Assembly: GCA_963748815.1 (NCBI GenBank)
Contig: CAVVKJ010000010.1
Coordinates: 256,001 to 320,000 of the forward strand
From: an uncultured Gemmatimonadales bacterium
GTDB taxonomy: Bacteria; Gemmatimonadota; Gemmatimonadetes; Gemmatimonadales; GWC2-71-9
Reading direction: 5' to 3'
DNA: 64,000 bases
This document shows, one piece after another, positions 10,349-21,127 of this stretch (the stretch's first letter is position 1; the number at the start of each line of letters is the position of its first letter). The position numbers were made by a program, and so were the translations under genes. The notes under the pieces were generated by a model. The model was not told the DNA's origin and did not search any database. It was given only the letters and a program-made list of their open reading frames with translations.

Positions 10349-11033
10349 GGTCGGCGTGATCGTCGTGGCCGCGGGCCGGGGCACGCGCGTCGGAGGGACG
10401 CCGAAACAGTTCCGCGACCTCGCTGGCGTCCCGGTCCTGCTGCGCGCCCTTCGTCCCTTCACCTCCCATCCCGCTGTCTCCTGCACCGTCGTCGCCCTCC
10501 CGCCGGACGCCGTGACCGCCCCGCCGGAGTGGCTGACGCCGCTCCTCGGCGAGCGCCTGCGGGTCGTGGCCGGAGGAAGCGAACGCGGGGATTCCGTGCG
10601 CGCCGCGCTGGCGGCGTTGCCGGCGCGCTGCGAGGTGGTGCTGGTCCACGATGGCGCGCGCCCCCTCGTCTCGCGCGAAACGATCGACGCGGTGATCGCC
10701 GTCGCGGCGAGCGGCATCGGCGCGGTGGCGGCGGTGCCGGTCGGCGACACGCTCAAAGAGGTGGAGGCCGGAGAAGGCTCGCGAGTCGTGGAGCGCACCA
10801 TCCCGCGCCAACGGCTCTGGCGTGCCCAGACGCCGCAGGGGTTTCCTCGCGACCTGCTGGAGCGCGCCGTCGCCGCGGCCGCCGCCGATGGGGTGCAGGG
10901 GACCGACGATGCCGAACTGGTCGAACGGATCGGAGGCCGGGTCGAACTCGTCCTCGACCAGCCGGCCAACCTCAAGCTGACGTCGCAGGGCGACTTTGCG
11001 CTGGCGATGGCCCTGCTCCAGGCCGCGCCATGA
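10338..11033 (+). CDS. ispD: 2-C-methyl-D-erythritol 4-phosphate cytidylyltransferase
   Basis: AAGRGTRVG..PKQF, VHDGARP, AQTPQGF, TDDA, NLKLT. Confidence 0.93.
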   Translation: MPPEVGVIVVAAGRGTRVGGTPKQFRDLAGVPVLLRALRPFTSHPAVSCTVVALPPDAVTAPPEWLTPLLGERLRVVAGGSERGDSVRAALAALPARCEVVLVHDGARPLVSRETIDAVIAVAASGIGAVAAVPVGDTLKEVEAGEGSRVVERTIPRQRLWRAQTPQGFPRDLLERAVAAAAADGVQGTDDAELVERIGGRVELVLDQPANLKLTSQGDFALAMALLQAAP

Positions 11034-11680
11034 GCCTTCCGTTCCTGACTCCGGATGACGTCGCCCGCGCAATCCCGCTCGTCCGCGACCACCTCGCCGC
11101 TGGGAAGCTGCTCGCCTACCCCACCGAGACGGTGTACGGACTCGGGTGCGCCCCCACGGAGGACGCGCTGACCGCACTGGCCCGGCTGAAGGGGCGCCCT
11201 CCGAAGAAGCCCTTCCTGCTGCTCGTGTCGAGCGAAAAAATGCCGGAGGAGTGGGGCCTGGTCTATTCCCGCGCGGCGAGCGCGCTGGCGGCGGCCTTCT
11301 GGCCCGGTCCGCTCACGCTCATTCTCAAGGGAGGGGAAGGGCGTCTCCCCGATCGCCTCCGCGGTGCGGAGGGCGGCATCGGCGTCCGGTACACCTCCCA
11401 TCGCGGCATCCGCACGTTGGTCGAGGCGTGCGGCATTCCGCTCACCTCCACCTCGGCCAACCGCCCGGGGAGTCCGCCCGCGGCGGGGGCAGCGGGCATC
11501 GAGCCGCTGTTCGAGGAGGCGGTCAGGAACGGGGACCTGCTGGTGCTCGACGGCGGGGTGCTCGGCAACGTGCCCCCCTCGACGATCGTGGACTGCACCG
11601 AGCCGCTTCCTCGTCTCGTCCGCGAGGGTGCCATTCCCCGCGAGGAGCTCCGCCGCGCCGTCGGGAGCCTGGCACCATGA
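11030..11680 (+). CDS. tsaC: L-threonylcarbamoyladenylate synthase (TsaC/Sua5/YrdC)
   Basis: AYPTETVYGLG, LKGR, FWPGPLT, STSAN, PSTIVD. Confidence 0.9.
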   Translation: MSLPFLTPDDVARAIPLVRDHLAAGKLLAYPTETVYGLGCAPTEDALTALARLKGRPPKKPFLLLVSSEKMPEEWGLVYSRAASALAAAFWPGPLTLILKGGEGRLPDRLRGAEGGIGVRYTSHRGIRTLVEACGIPLTSTSANRPGSPPAAGAAGIEPLFEEAVRNGDLLVLDGGVLGNVPPSTIVDCTEPLPRLVREGAIPREELRRAVGSLAP

Positions 11681-12174
11681 CATCTCCGGGCTCCGCTCGT
11701 CCCCGCCGCGTCCTGCTGGTCTGCACCGGGAACACCTGCCGCAGCGCGATGGCCGAGGCGCTGCTGCGCCAGGCACTCGACGCCCGCGGGGTCACCCAGG
11801 TCGAGGTGATCTCCGCCGGTACGGGAGCGTGGGAAGGTGCGCCGGCGTCGGAGGCGGCGTACCTGGTGGGTCTCGAGAACGGGCTGGATCTTTCCGGTCA
11901 CCGTGCGCGGCTGGTCACGAGCGAGTTGGTGGCATCCGCCGACCTGATCCTCACCATGGCCCGCCACCATCGCGCGCGCATCCTCGAGCTCGGCGGGGAC
12001 AACCGGGTGCACATGCTCGGTGAATACGCCGGGCGCTCGGCCCAGGGCGTCGAGGTGGCGGACCCGTTCGGTGCGGACCTCGAGGTATACCGCCAGACCC
12101 GTGACGATCTCAGCGCGCTGACCACCGTGGTGGCGGATCGGCTGGCGGAGGAGCAGCGGAATGCTGGGCGGTAG
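11677..12174 (+). CDS. Low-molecular-weight protein phosphatase, YwlE-like (probable arginine phosphatase)
   Basis: P-loop CTGNTCRS, SAGT, DLILTM, DPFG. Confidence 0.85.
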   Translation: MTSPGSARPRRVLLVCTGNTCRSAMAEALLRQALDARGVTQVEVISAGTGAWEGAPASEAAYLVGLENGLDLSGHRARLVTSELVASADLILTMARHHRARILELGGDNRVHMLGEYAGRSAQGVEVADPFGADLEVYRQTRDDLSALTTVVADRLAEEQRNAGR

Positions 12175-12964
12175 GACCCGCGTCTTCGCGCTCCTGGGCG
12201 ACCCTGTAGCGCATTCCCTCTCGCCCGCCATGCAGAACGCGGCGTTCCGGGTCCTCGGACTCGACGCGGTGTATGTCCCGCTGCCCTGTGCGGCCGCCCA
12301 GGTGCCTGTTCTGATGGCGGCGCTTGCCGAGGCGGGGGGAGGGGGGAACGTGACGGTGCCGCACAAGCAGGTCGCGGTCACCGCGCTGACCCGGCCGAGC
12401 CCACGCGCGGCCTCGCTCGCCTCGTGCAACACCTTCTGGTGGGAGGACGGCGCGCTCACCGGCGACAGCACGGACGTCGAGGGGGTACAGGCGGCGCTCC
12501 GCCGGATCGACGTCGACGCCGACACCTGGCTCGTCCTCGGGACGGGAGGCTCTGCCCGCGCCGTGGCCGAGGCCGCCCGTGTGGCGGGGGCGCGCCTCGC
12601 GGTCTCCTCGCGCGCTGCGGACCGGGCCGCATCCTTTCTGGCCTGGGCCGCTGCGCTGGGCGTCGAGATGGCCAGGCAGGACGAGGCGACGCTGGTGATC
12701 AACGCGACACCGCTCGGCATGAAGCGGGACGACCCGCTGCCGTCCGAGCCTGCAGCCACGCCGCGTGCCGTTGCCGCTCTGGACCTGGTGTATCGGCGGG
12801 GCGAAACGGCCTGGGTGCGCGCCCAGCGGGCCACGGGCCGGAAGGCGGCGGATGGCCGCGAGGTGCTCCTGGCCCAGGGGGCCGCCGCCCTCGCCCGCTG
12901 GTTCCCCCGGCACGCGCCGCCTCTCGACGTGATGCGGGCCGCCCTGCATGCTGCCCTCGATTGA
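12161..12964 (+). CDS. aroE: Shikimate dehydrogenase
   Basis: GDPVAHSLSPAMQN, NVTVPHK, GTGGSARA, INATPLG, DLVY. Confidence 0.92.
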   Translation: MLGGRTRVFALLGDPVAHSLSPAMQNAAFRVLGLDAVYVPLPCAAAQVPVLMAALAEAGGGGNVTVPHKQVAVTALTRPSPRAASLASCNTFWWEDGALTGDSTDVEGVQAALRRIDVDADTWLVLGTGGSARAVAEAARVAGARLAVSSRAADRAASFLAWAAALGVEMARQDEATLVINATPLGMKRDDPLPSEPAATPRAVAALDLVYRRGETAWVRAQRATGRKAADGREVLLAQGAAALARWFPRHAPPLDVMRAALHAALD

Positions 12965-13679
12965 CCTCCGCGCCGCCCTGTCGGCACTCGAACGGGCGCT
13001 GCTTCCTCCACAATGCCTGACCTGTGACGAGGCGGTCCCACGCAGCGATGGCGAGGCGCTCGTCTGCGCCGTCTGCAGGTCTCGCTGGCGCCGGGTGGCC
13101 GCTCCGCATTGCCCCCGATGCGCGGGGACGCTGCCGCCCGAGGGGACCTGCGCCTTCTGCGTGGAGTGGCCCGAGGCGCTGACCGGGGCGTGGGCAGCGG
13201 TGTGGCTGGATGAGGGGGCGCGGCTGGCGATGCACCGACTGAAGTACGGCGGCTGGTGGCGCGTGGTGGACGCGATGGCGGCGGGGATGCAACCGGTGCC
13301 GATGCTGCGGACGCCGAGCGTGCTGGTGCCCGTGCCCCTCGGAGCGGGGCGGATGAAGTCACGCGGGTACAACCAGGCGGAGCGGCTGGCCCGGGCGCTG
13401 GCACGGTACGGCGACCACGAGGTGCGTCCCGAGCTCCTCCGTCGACGGCGGGAGACCGGCACCCAGACCCGGCTCACGCCGGAAGCGCGTCGGGTCAACG
13501 TGAGCGGTGCCTTCGAGGCGGTTGGGCCGCTGCACGGGAGGGTCGTGCTGGTGGATGACGTCCTCACCACCGGGGCCACCCTCGGCGAGGCGGCGCTGGC
13601 ATTGGCCGCCGCCGGGGCGACGACGGTCGAGGCCGTCGCCTTCGCGCGGGCCCGCCCGCCGGCGACGATGCTGGGCTGA
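12948..13679 (+). CDS. comF: ComF family protein (double zinc ribbon + PRTase domain)
   Basis: Four CxxC pairs, [25 protein letters not shown]. Confidence 0.88.
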   Translation: MLPSIDLRAALSALERALLPPQCLTCDEAVPRSDGEALVCAVCRSRWRRVAAPHCPRCAGTLPPEGTCAFCVEWPEALTGAWAAVWLDEGARLAMHRLKYGGWWRVVDAMAAGMQPVPMLRTPSVLVPVPLGAGRMKSRGYNQAERLARALARYGDHEVRPELLRRRRETGTQTRLTPEARRVNVSGAFEAVGPLHGRVVLVDDVLTTGATLGEAALALAAAGATTVEAVAFARARPPATMLG

Positions 13680-13741
13680 GGGTGCGGTCCGGCCGATTCG
13701 GGTTATTTTTCCGGCGATCTGATTCTCTTACAGGAGACACC

Positions 13742-14748
<1,007 letters not shown>

Positions 14749-14752
<4 letters not shown>

Positions 14753-15940
14753 AACGAACGCTCGCCTCGCTCGATCCGGCGGCGCTGGAGGGCCGCCGGG
14801 CGCTGGTGCGGGTGGACTTCAATTGCCCGATCGCCGATGGCCGCGTGAGCGACGACATGCGAATCCGGGCGGCGCTCCCCACCATCACCTACCTCCGGGA
14901 CCGGGGCGCGCGGGTGGTACTCCTCTCCCACCTCGGACGGCCGAAGGGTGCCCCGAACCCCAAGTACTCGATGCAGCCGGTCGTGCGGGCCCTCGAAGGC
15001 CTCCTCGGCTCGCCGGTAACATTTCTTCCTGACCCGACCTCCGCCGAGGCGGTGTCCACGACCCGGCACCTGCCGCGCGGCGGGATTGCCGTCGCGGAAA
15101 ACACCCGGTTCTTTCCCGGCGAGGAGACGAACGACCCCGCGCTGGCGGAACGCTTCGCCGCCCTCGGCGACTTCTATGTGAACGACGCCTTCGGCTCGGC
15201 CCACCGGGCGCATGCCAGCACGGCCGGGGTGGCGCACCTGCTCAAGCCGGCCGTGTCGGGTTTCCTGATGGAGAAGGAGCTGGCATACCTCGGCCAGGCC
15301 CTGTCCGATCCCGAAGCGTCCCTTCGTGGCGGTCATGGGCGGCGCCAAGATTTCCGGGAAGATCGACCTGATCGAGGCGCTGCTGCCTACGGTGGACGCC
15401 ATCCTGATCGGCGGCGCCATGGCCTGCACCTTCTTCAAGGCGATGGGGCTCGAGGTCGGCACCTCCCTCGTGGAAGACGACCGCGTCGAGATGGCGGCGG
15501 CGCTGCTGAAGCGGGCCGGCACGAAGCTGGTCCTTCCGGCCGGCGCGGTGGTCGCGCAACGGCTCGACGGATCGGCCGAAACGCGCACGGTTCCGCGGGA
15601 CGCCATTCCGGCCGGATGGGCGATGTTCGACATCGACCCCGCCAGCGAGCGGCTCTTTGCCGACCGGATCGCGGCCGCGGGCACCGTGGTGTGGAACGGG
15701 CCGATGGGCGTCTTCGAGACGCCGCCCTTCGATCGCGGCACGATGGCGGTCGCCGAGGCGATGGCCCGCGCCACCGAGGCGGGCACCATCACCGTCGTCG
15801 GCGGCGGGGATTCTGCCGCGGCGGTGGCGGCCGCCTCGCTCGCCGACAAGATGACGCATGTTTCAACCGGCGGCGGCGCATCCCTCGAGTTTCTCGAGGG
15901 GAAAGTGCTCCCCGGTGTCGCTGCTCTCGACGAAAGCTGA
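14749..15940 (+). CDS. pgk: Phosphoglycerate kinase (+1 frameshift ~15311)
   Basis: [26 protein letters not shown]; then [31 protein letters not shown] in next frame. Confidence 0.95.
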
Positions 15941-15947
15941 GGACCTC

Positions 15948-17513
15948 ATGCGCATGATCCGTGTGCTCGCCGTGGCGCTCTGCCTCCCGGTGATGGCGGT
16001 CGCCCAGACCAAGCCGGCCACCCCGCCTCCCAACTTCGATGCCTACGTCGACTCGGTGATGAAGCGGTTCGAGGTACCGGGGATGGGCATCGCCATCGTG
16101 AAGGACGGCCAGGTGGTCCTCGCGAAGGGCTACGGCGTCAAGCGGCTCGGCTCCCCCGACAAGGTGAATGCGGACACCCGCTTCGGGATCGCGTCGAACA
16201 CCAAGGCCTTCACCGCGCTCGCGCTGGGCATGCTGGTCGAGGAGGGAAAGCTGGAGTGGGACGCCCCGGTGGTGAACTACCTCCCCGAATTCATGATGTG
16301 GGACTCCTGGGTCACCCGGCAGATCACCGTCCGCGATATTCTCGTGCACCGGAGCGGACTCGGCCTCGGCGCCGGCGATCTCCTCTGGTGGCCGCCGACG
16401 ACCTACACCCCGAAGGAAATCATGGCCCGGCTCCGGTACATCGAGCCCGCCACCAGCTTCCGCAGCGCCTACGCCTACGACAACGTGCTCTACCTCGTTG
16501 CCGGCCAGTTGATCGAGCGGGTCTCGGGCCAGACCTGGTCCGATTTCATCACCAACCGGATCATGCGCCCGGTCGGGATGAAGGAGGCCAACAGCACCCA
16601 CGCCGCCGCGGGAGAGTCGGGAGGCAACGTCGCCACCACCCACGCGCGCGTCGACGGTACCGTCCGGGTCGTGAAGCCCTTCAGCGACCCGAACACCGAC
16701 CCGGCGGGCGGCATCAATGCCGGCGCCAACGACATGGCGCGGTGGATGATCGCCCAGATGGACTCCGGGCGCGTCGGCGACACCCGGCTGTGGAAGCCGA
16801 GCACCACTCGGCAGCAGTGGACCCTGGTGACCCCCATGCCCTTCGGGCCCGCCCCAAAGGAGCTGGCACCGTACACCGCCAACTTCAACGGATACGCGCT
16901 CGGGTTCAACGTCCGCGACTATCGCGGACAGAAGCTCGTGACCCACACCGGCGGGCTGCCGGGATACGTCTCGCTGCTGATGATGCTCCCGAACCAGAAG
17001 GTCGGCGTCGTCGTCCTCACGAACCAGGAGTCGGGTGCGGCCTTCATGTCGGTCGGCTTGAAGGTGCTCGACGCTTATCTGAATGCGCCCGACTGGGACT
17101 GGCTCGGCGGGTACGGCACGCTCGTCGCCCGCGGCGACTCGATGACCGCAGCGGCGAATCGCGCCTCGGCCGCGGCCCGCGACAGCGCCTCGCGCCCTTC
17201 GCTGCCCCTGGCCAGTTACGCCGCCACCTATGAGGACCCGTGGTACGGCACCATCACGGTGTCGTCGGCGGGCAGCGGCCTCATGATCCGGTTCGACAAG
17301 TCGCCCGACCTCGTCGGCGACATGGAGCACTGGCAGTACGACACCTGGCTCGTGAAGTGGCGCGACCGGGAACTGCGTGCCGACGCGTACATCACCTTCA
17401 CGCTCGACGAGTCCGGCAAGGTGGCGGGCGCCACCATGAAGCCGGCGTCGCCCGACGTGGACTTCAGCTTCGACTTCCAGGACCTCAACCTGACGCCGGT
17501 CCGGAAGCAGTAG
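15948..17513 (+). CDS. Exported serine hydrolase, beta-lactamase/PBP fold with C-terminal DUF3471-like domain
   Basis: Signal peptide; F.IASNTK (SxxK), YDN (YxN), HTGG; C-terminal Y.DPWYG.I domain. Confidence 0.85.
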   Translation: MRMIRVLAVALCLPVMAVAQTKPATPPPNFDAYVDSVMKRFEVPGMGIAIVKDGQVVLAKGYGVKRLGSPDKVNADTRFGIASNTKAFTALALGMLVEEGKLEWDAPVVNYLPEFMMWDSWVTRQITVRDILVHRSGLGLGAGDLLWWPPTTYTPKEIMARLRYIEPATSFRSAYAYDNVLYLVAGQLIERVSGQTWSDFITNRIMRPVGMKEANSTHAAAGESGGNVATTHARVDGTVRVVKPFSDPNTDPAGGINAGANDMARWMIAQMDSGRVGDTRLWKPSTTRQQWTLVTPMPFGPAPKELAPYTANFNGYALGFNVRDYRGQKLVTHTGGLPGYVSLLMMLPNQKVGVVVLTNQESGAAFMSVGLKVLDAYLNAPDWDWLGGYGTLVARGDSMTAAANRASAAARDSASRPSLPLASYAATYEDPWYGTITVSSAGSGLMIRFDKSPDLVGDMEHWQYDTWLVKWRDRELRADAYITFTLDESGKVAGATMKPASPDVDFSFDFQDLNLTPVRKQ

Positions 17514-17516
17514 CGA

Positions 17517-18266
17517 ATGCGTCCACTGCTCTTTGCCGCCAACTGGAAGATGCAGGTGACCCCCGAGGAGACCCGGCGCTTCGCCGCGGAATTCCTCGGG
17601 GCCACCGCTCCGGTGGAGGGGCGCTCGCTCTGGTTCTTCCCCTCGGCCGTCTCGATTGCCTCGGCAAGCGATGCGTTCGACGGGCGGCCCGATGTGTGGA
17701 TCGGCGCCCAGGACGTCTACTGGGAAGCGAAAGGGGCCTTCACCGGCGCCACATCGATACCGCTCGCCCGCGGCGCCGGGGCCGAGGGGGCGCTCGTCGG
17801 CCATTCTGAGCGCCGGCACGTCTTCGGCGAAACCGATGAGGAGACGGGAAAGAAGGTCCGGGCGCTCCTGGGTGCCGGGCTCACGGCGTTCCTCTGTGTG
17901 GGCGAAAAGCTGGAGGAACGGGAGGGGGGGCAGACCGAGGCGGTCGTCCTGCGCCAGCTGCGGGCTGGGCTGGAGGGGGTCGGGGGAGAGGCGATGGCCC
18001 GGCTGGTCGTCGCCTATGAGCCGGTCTGGGCCATCGGGACCGGCCGAAACGCCACCGCGGAGGACGCCGCCCGGGTACACGCCGCCATCAGGGCCGAGCT
18101 TGCCTCCCTGGGCGCGACCGCCAGGGTGCCGGTGCTGTACGGGGGGAGCGTGAACCTTGGAAACGCGCCCGGGCTCCTGGCGCAGCCGGAAATCGACGGC
18201 GTGCTCGTTGGGGGGGCCAGCCTCGATTTCGAAGGGTGGGCCAAAATCGTGGGGATCGGTGGTTGA
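17517..18266 (+). CDS. tpiA: Triosephosphate isomerase
   Basis: ANWKM, GHSERR, AYEPVWAIGTG, YGGSV, LVGGASL. Confidence 0.96.
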   Translation: MRPLLFAANWKMQVTPEETRRFAAEFLGATAPVEGRSLWFFPSAVSIASASDAFDGRPDVWIGAQDVYWEAKGAFTGATSIPLARGAGAEGALVGHSERRHVFGETDEETGKKVRALLGAGLTAFLCVGEKLEEREGGQTEAVVLRQLRAGLEGVGGEAMARLVVAYEPVWAIGTGRNATAEDAARVHAAIRAELASLGATARVPVLYGGSVNLGNAPGLLAQPEIDGVLVGGASLDFEGWAKIVGIGG

Positions 18267-18292
18267 CCCTCTCGGCGCCGACCGGTTATTCT
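18263..18292 (+). promoter_or_regulatory. sigma70-type promoter for secG
   Basis: TTGACC-N18-TATTCT, 28 nt before the secG ATG. Confidence 0.5.
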
Positions 18293-18320
18293 TCCAGACT
18301 GTCTCACAACGGAAATAGGC

Positions 18321-18701
18321 ATGTTCGGTCTTATTCTGACACTTCTGATTCTTGATGCGCTGCTGCTCTCGGTGGTCGTGCTGCTCCAGGCGGGGCAGGG
18401 CGGCGGCCTTGCCGCCATGGGTGGCGGGGGCGGCACGGAGAGCTTCGTCGGTGGGCGGCAGGCGGTTACGATCCTGACCCGCTCTACCTGGTGGCTCGGC
18501 GGCATCTTCCTGGTCCTCTCGCTCATCCTCTCGGTCATGTCGGCCGGTCGCTCCGCCGGGACCTCGGACGTCGAGCGGATTCTCCAGGAGCAGCAACAGC
18601 AGGCGCCGGCCTCGAACGCCCCGCTGCCGCTTGGTGGCGCAGAGCCGGCGGTCCCGGCGACTGAAACGCCCGCGGCGCCGCAGCCGCAGCCGCAGCCATA
18701 A
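18321..18701 (+). CDS. secG: Preprotein translocase subunit SecG
   Basis: Two TM helices, VLLQ.G.GGGL, LTR.T; follows tpiA. Confidence 0.9.
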   Translation: MFGLILTLLILDALLLSVVVLLQAGQGGGLAAMGGGGGTESFVGGRQAVTILTRSTWWLGGIFLVLSLILSVMSAGRSAGTSDVERILQEQQQQAPASNAPLPLGGAEPAVPATETPAAPQPQPQP

Positions 18702-18735
18702 TGCGGCGGGATGTCGTACTTGGCGGGGTGGCCGG

Positions 18736-19840
18736 ATGACCGGTCGCCCCGCCTTTGTATTGCTCGAAGACGGGACCTGGTTCGCGGGGGCCGTCGCCCG
18801 CCCGATCCCGCCCGCCTTCGGCGAGGTGGTGTTCACCACCAACCTCACCGGCTACCAGGAGACGTTCACCGACCCGAGCTACCTCGGCCAGATCGTCGTG
18901 ATGACGGCGCCGATGATCGGCAACTACGGGGTCAACGCGGAGGACATGGAGTCGGGCCGTCCGCAGATCTCCGGCGTCGTGGTGCGCGAGCTCTCACGCC
19001 AGCACTCCAACTGGAGAGCGGCGGAATCGCTCGACGACTGGCTCGCCAGGTACGAAGTTCCGATCCTGACCGGGGTCGACACGCGTCGGCTGACCAGGCA
19101 CATCCGTTCCAAGGGAGCGATGCGGGGCGTCATCGCCGAAGGAGTGGCGCCTACCGACGCCATCCGCCAGCGCCTCCTCAAGTCCGACAGCATGGAGGGG
19201 CTCGATCTGGCCTCCAAGGCGACGGTGGCCGAGTCGTACACCCAGGGTGAGGTGGGCCCCCACGTGGTGGCGTTCGACTTCGGGATGAAGCGCAACATCG
19301 TGGAAATGCTCGAGGCGTCAGGCTGCCGGGTGACGGTGGTGCCTGCGACGACGAGCGCCGAGGAGGCTCGGGCCCTCAAGCCCGACGGGATCTTCCTCTC
19401 CAATGGTCCCGGGGATCCGGCCGCGGTCACCTATGCGCTTCCCGTGCTCCGCTCGCTCGCCGAGAGCGGGCTGCCGATGTTCGGTATCTGCTTGGGGCAT
19501 CAGCTCTTGGGACTGGCGTTCGGGGGGCACACCGTGAAGATGCCCTACGGGCATCGGGGCGGGAATCATCCGGTCAAGGACCTCACGGACGGGCGGGTCC
19601 TGATCACCACCCAGAATCATGGATTCGCGGTCGCAGGGGACCCATGAGGGGGTGCCTGGCGCACCCGATCTGGTCGTCACGCACCTTAACCTCAATGATG
19701 GCACCGTCGAAGGACTGCGCCACAAGACGCTGCCCGTCTTCGCGGTCCAGTACCATCCGGAAGCCGCTCCAGGCCCCCACGACGCCTACCCCCACTTCGC
19801 CCAGTTTGTCCGGTCCTTGGGGGCCCAGCCGGTCGGCTGA
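18736..19840 (+). CDS. carA: Carbamoyl-phosphate synthase small subunit (+1 frameshift ~19638)
   Basis: LEDGT, GEVVFTT..TGYQE.FTDPSY, SNGPGDP, GICLGHQ, QNHGF; VQYHPEA.PGPHD in shifted frame. Confidence 0.93.
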
Positions 19841-19851
19841 CCCCCAACCCA

Positions 19852-19880
19852 TTGACAGACAACAGGTAAGCCCATATTAT
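19852..19880 (+). promoter_or_regulatory. Near-consensus sigma70 promoter for the HU gene
   Basis: TTGACA-N17-TATTAT. Confidence 0.75.
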
Positions 19881-19935
19881 CGGCCTGTCCGGCGTTCACT
19901 TCACGCCCGCCTCATGAGACCCTCCTGGGGGATGC

Positions 19936-20271
19936 ATGACCAAGGCCGACCTCGTCGAGCAGGTAACTGCCTCCATCGCCCGCACCGCTGGGCCGATGAT
20001 TTCGAAAAAAGACTGCGCGCGGGTAGTGGACGCGTTCCTCGATGCCGTGAAAGCGGCACTCAAGGAGCAGCATAACATTGAGGTGCGCGGGTTTGGCACT
20101 TTCAAGATCCGGCGCCGCAAGACGCGAATGGCCCGCAACCCACGGACCGGCGAGCCGGTCGAAGTGGCGGCGCGTCCGGTCCCGGTCTTCAAGCCCAGCA
20201 AGGAGTTGCGGTCGCTTGTGGCGGAAGAAGGGGACGTGGTTTCCTCCGGAGGCGCGGACGACGACAGTTGA
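19936..20271 (+). CDS. HU/IHF family DNA-binding protein
   Basis: MTKADLV, IEVRGFGTF, ARNPRTGE, PVFKPSKELR. Confidence 0.93.
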   Translation: MTKADLVEQVTASIARTAGPMISKKDCARVVDAFLDAVKAALKEQHNIEVRGFGTFKIRRRKTRMARNPRTGEPVEVAARPVPVFKPSKELRSLVAEEGDVVSSGGADDDS

Positions 20272-20294
20272 GCATCGCGCCTCAGCGTGATGGA

Positions 20295-20328
20295 AGGGCC
20301 GCGCTGTCTCGCGCGGCCCTGTCTTTTT
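20295..20328 (+). terminator. Intrinsic terminator after the HU gene
   Basis: AGGGCCGCGC-tgtctc-GCGCGGCCCT hairpin followed by GTCTTTTT. Confidence 0.7.
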
Positions 20329-20424
20329 CCACAAGGGCCCTGAGTCTCCTTGAACGAAATTCTCACGATGTGCGCCTAAACCCTTGTTCACGAACCTGTT
20401 GAACACTCACCCTCGGTACCTCCA

Positions 20425-20697
20425 GTGACCTCGGGCACCGCCTCAGGTCGCGTGACGGTCACCATCCGGCTGTTCGCCGCCTACGCCGAGGCGGTCGGAA
20501 GGACGAGTGTGGATATCTCACTCCCAGCGGGTGCGACCGTTGGCGCGCTGCTCACGGAACTCCGGCGACAGCTGCCCCAAGCGTCCAGGCTGCCGGAGCG
20601 ACCGCTCTGCGCGGTCAATCTCGCCCATGTGCTGACCAGCCACGCACTTCGCGATGGCGACGAGGTCGCCATTCTCCCTCCGCTCGCGGGAGGATAG
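20425..20697 (+). CDS. moaD: Molybdopterin synthase sulfur carrier subunit
   Basis: V.IRLFA...E, AVN, GDEVAILPPLAGG C-terminal GG; start uncertain. Confidence 0.88.
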   Translation: MTSGTASGRVTVTIRLFAAYAEAVGRTSVDISLPAGATVGALLTELRRQLPQASRLPERPLCAVNLAHVLTSHALRDGDEVAILPPLAGG

Positions 20698-20698
20698 G

Positions 20699-21127
20699 AT
20701 GCCCTTTCTTTCGAACGACCCCCTCGACCCTTCTCGCCTGGTGGCCCAGGTCCAGAGTCCCGAGCGCGGAGGCGTCGCCTCCTTCCTCGGCATCGTCCGC
20801 GCGCAGCACGAGGGGCGGGCGGTGATTCGACTCGATTATTCCGCCTACCACGAGATGGCCGAGGCGGAATGCGGCCGCGTCGTGGCGGAGGCTGAATCCA
20901 GGTGGCCGGTGACGGTCGCCCTCCAGCACCGCCTCGGGACGCTTCAGGTCGGCGATGTGGCCGTTGTGGTGGCGGTGGCCGGGGCCCATCGGGAGGAGTC
21001 GTTTGCCGCGTGCCGCCACGTGATCGAGGAGTTGAAGCGCCGAGTCCCGATCTGGAAGCGGGAGCATTTTGCGGACGGCGAGGTCGACTGGGTAGGCGCC
21101 GGGGGCGAAGGGGCGCCGCCCCCATGA
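20699..21127 (+). CDS. moaE: Molybdopterin synthase catalytic subunit
   Basis: GGVASFLGIVR, L.YSAY..MA, HRLG.L.VG, AHR, LKRRVPIWKRE. Confidence 0.92.
   Translation: MPFLSNDPLDPSRLVAQVQSPERGGVASFLGIVRAQHEGRAVIRLDYSAYHEMAEAECGRVVAEAESRWPVTVALQHRLGTLQVGDVAVVVAVAGAHREESFAACRHVIEELKRRVPIWKREHFADGEVDWVGAGGEGAPPP

Noticed and set aside
15948..17513. Antibiotic-resistance beta-lactamase
   Set aside because: Fold motifs are shared by many peptidases and esterases; HTG triad and extra C-terminal domain give no support for resistance
18702..18760. tRNA-Leu, often found after secG
   Set aside because: No cloverleaf or TTCGA loop; carA starts at 18736
20330..20424. Moco riboswitch or sRNA upstream of moaD
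   Set aside because: I could not build a convincing structure; the region is short
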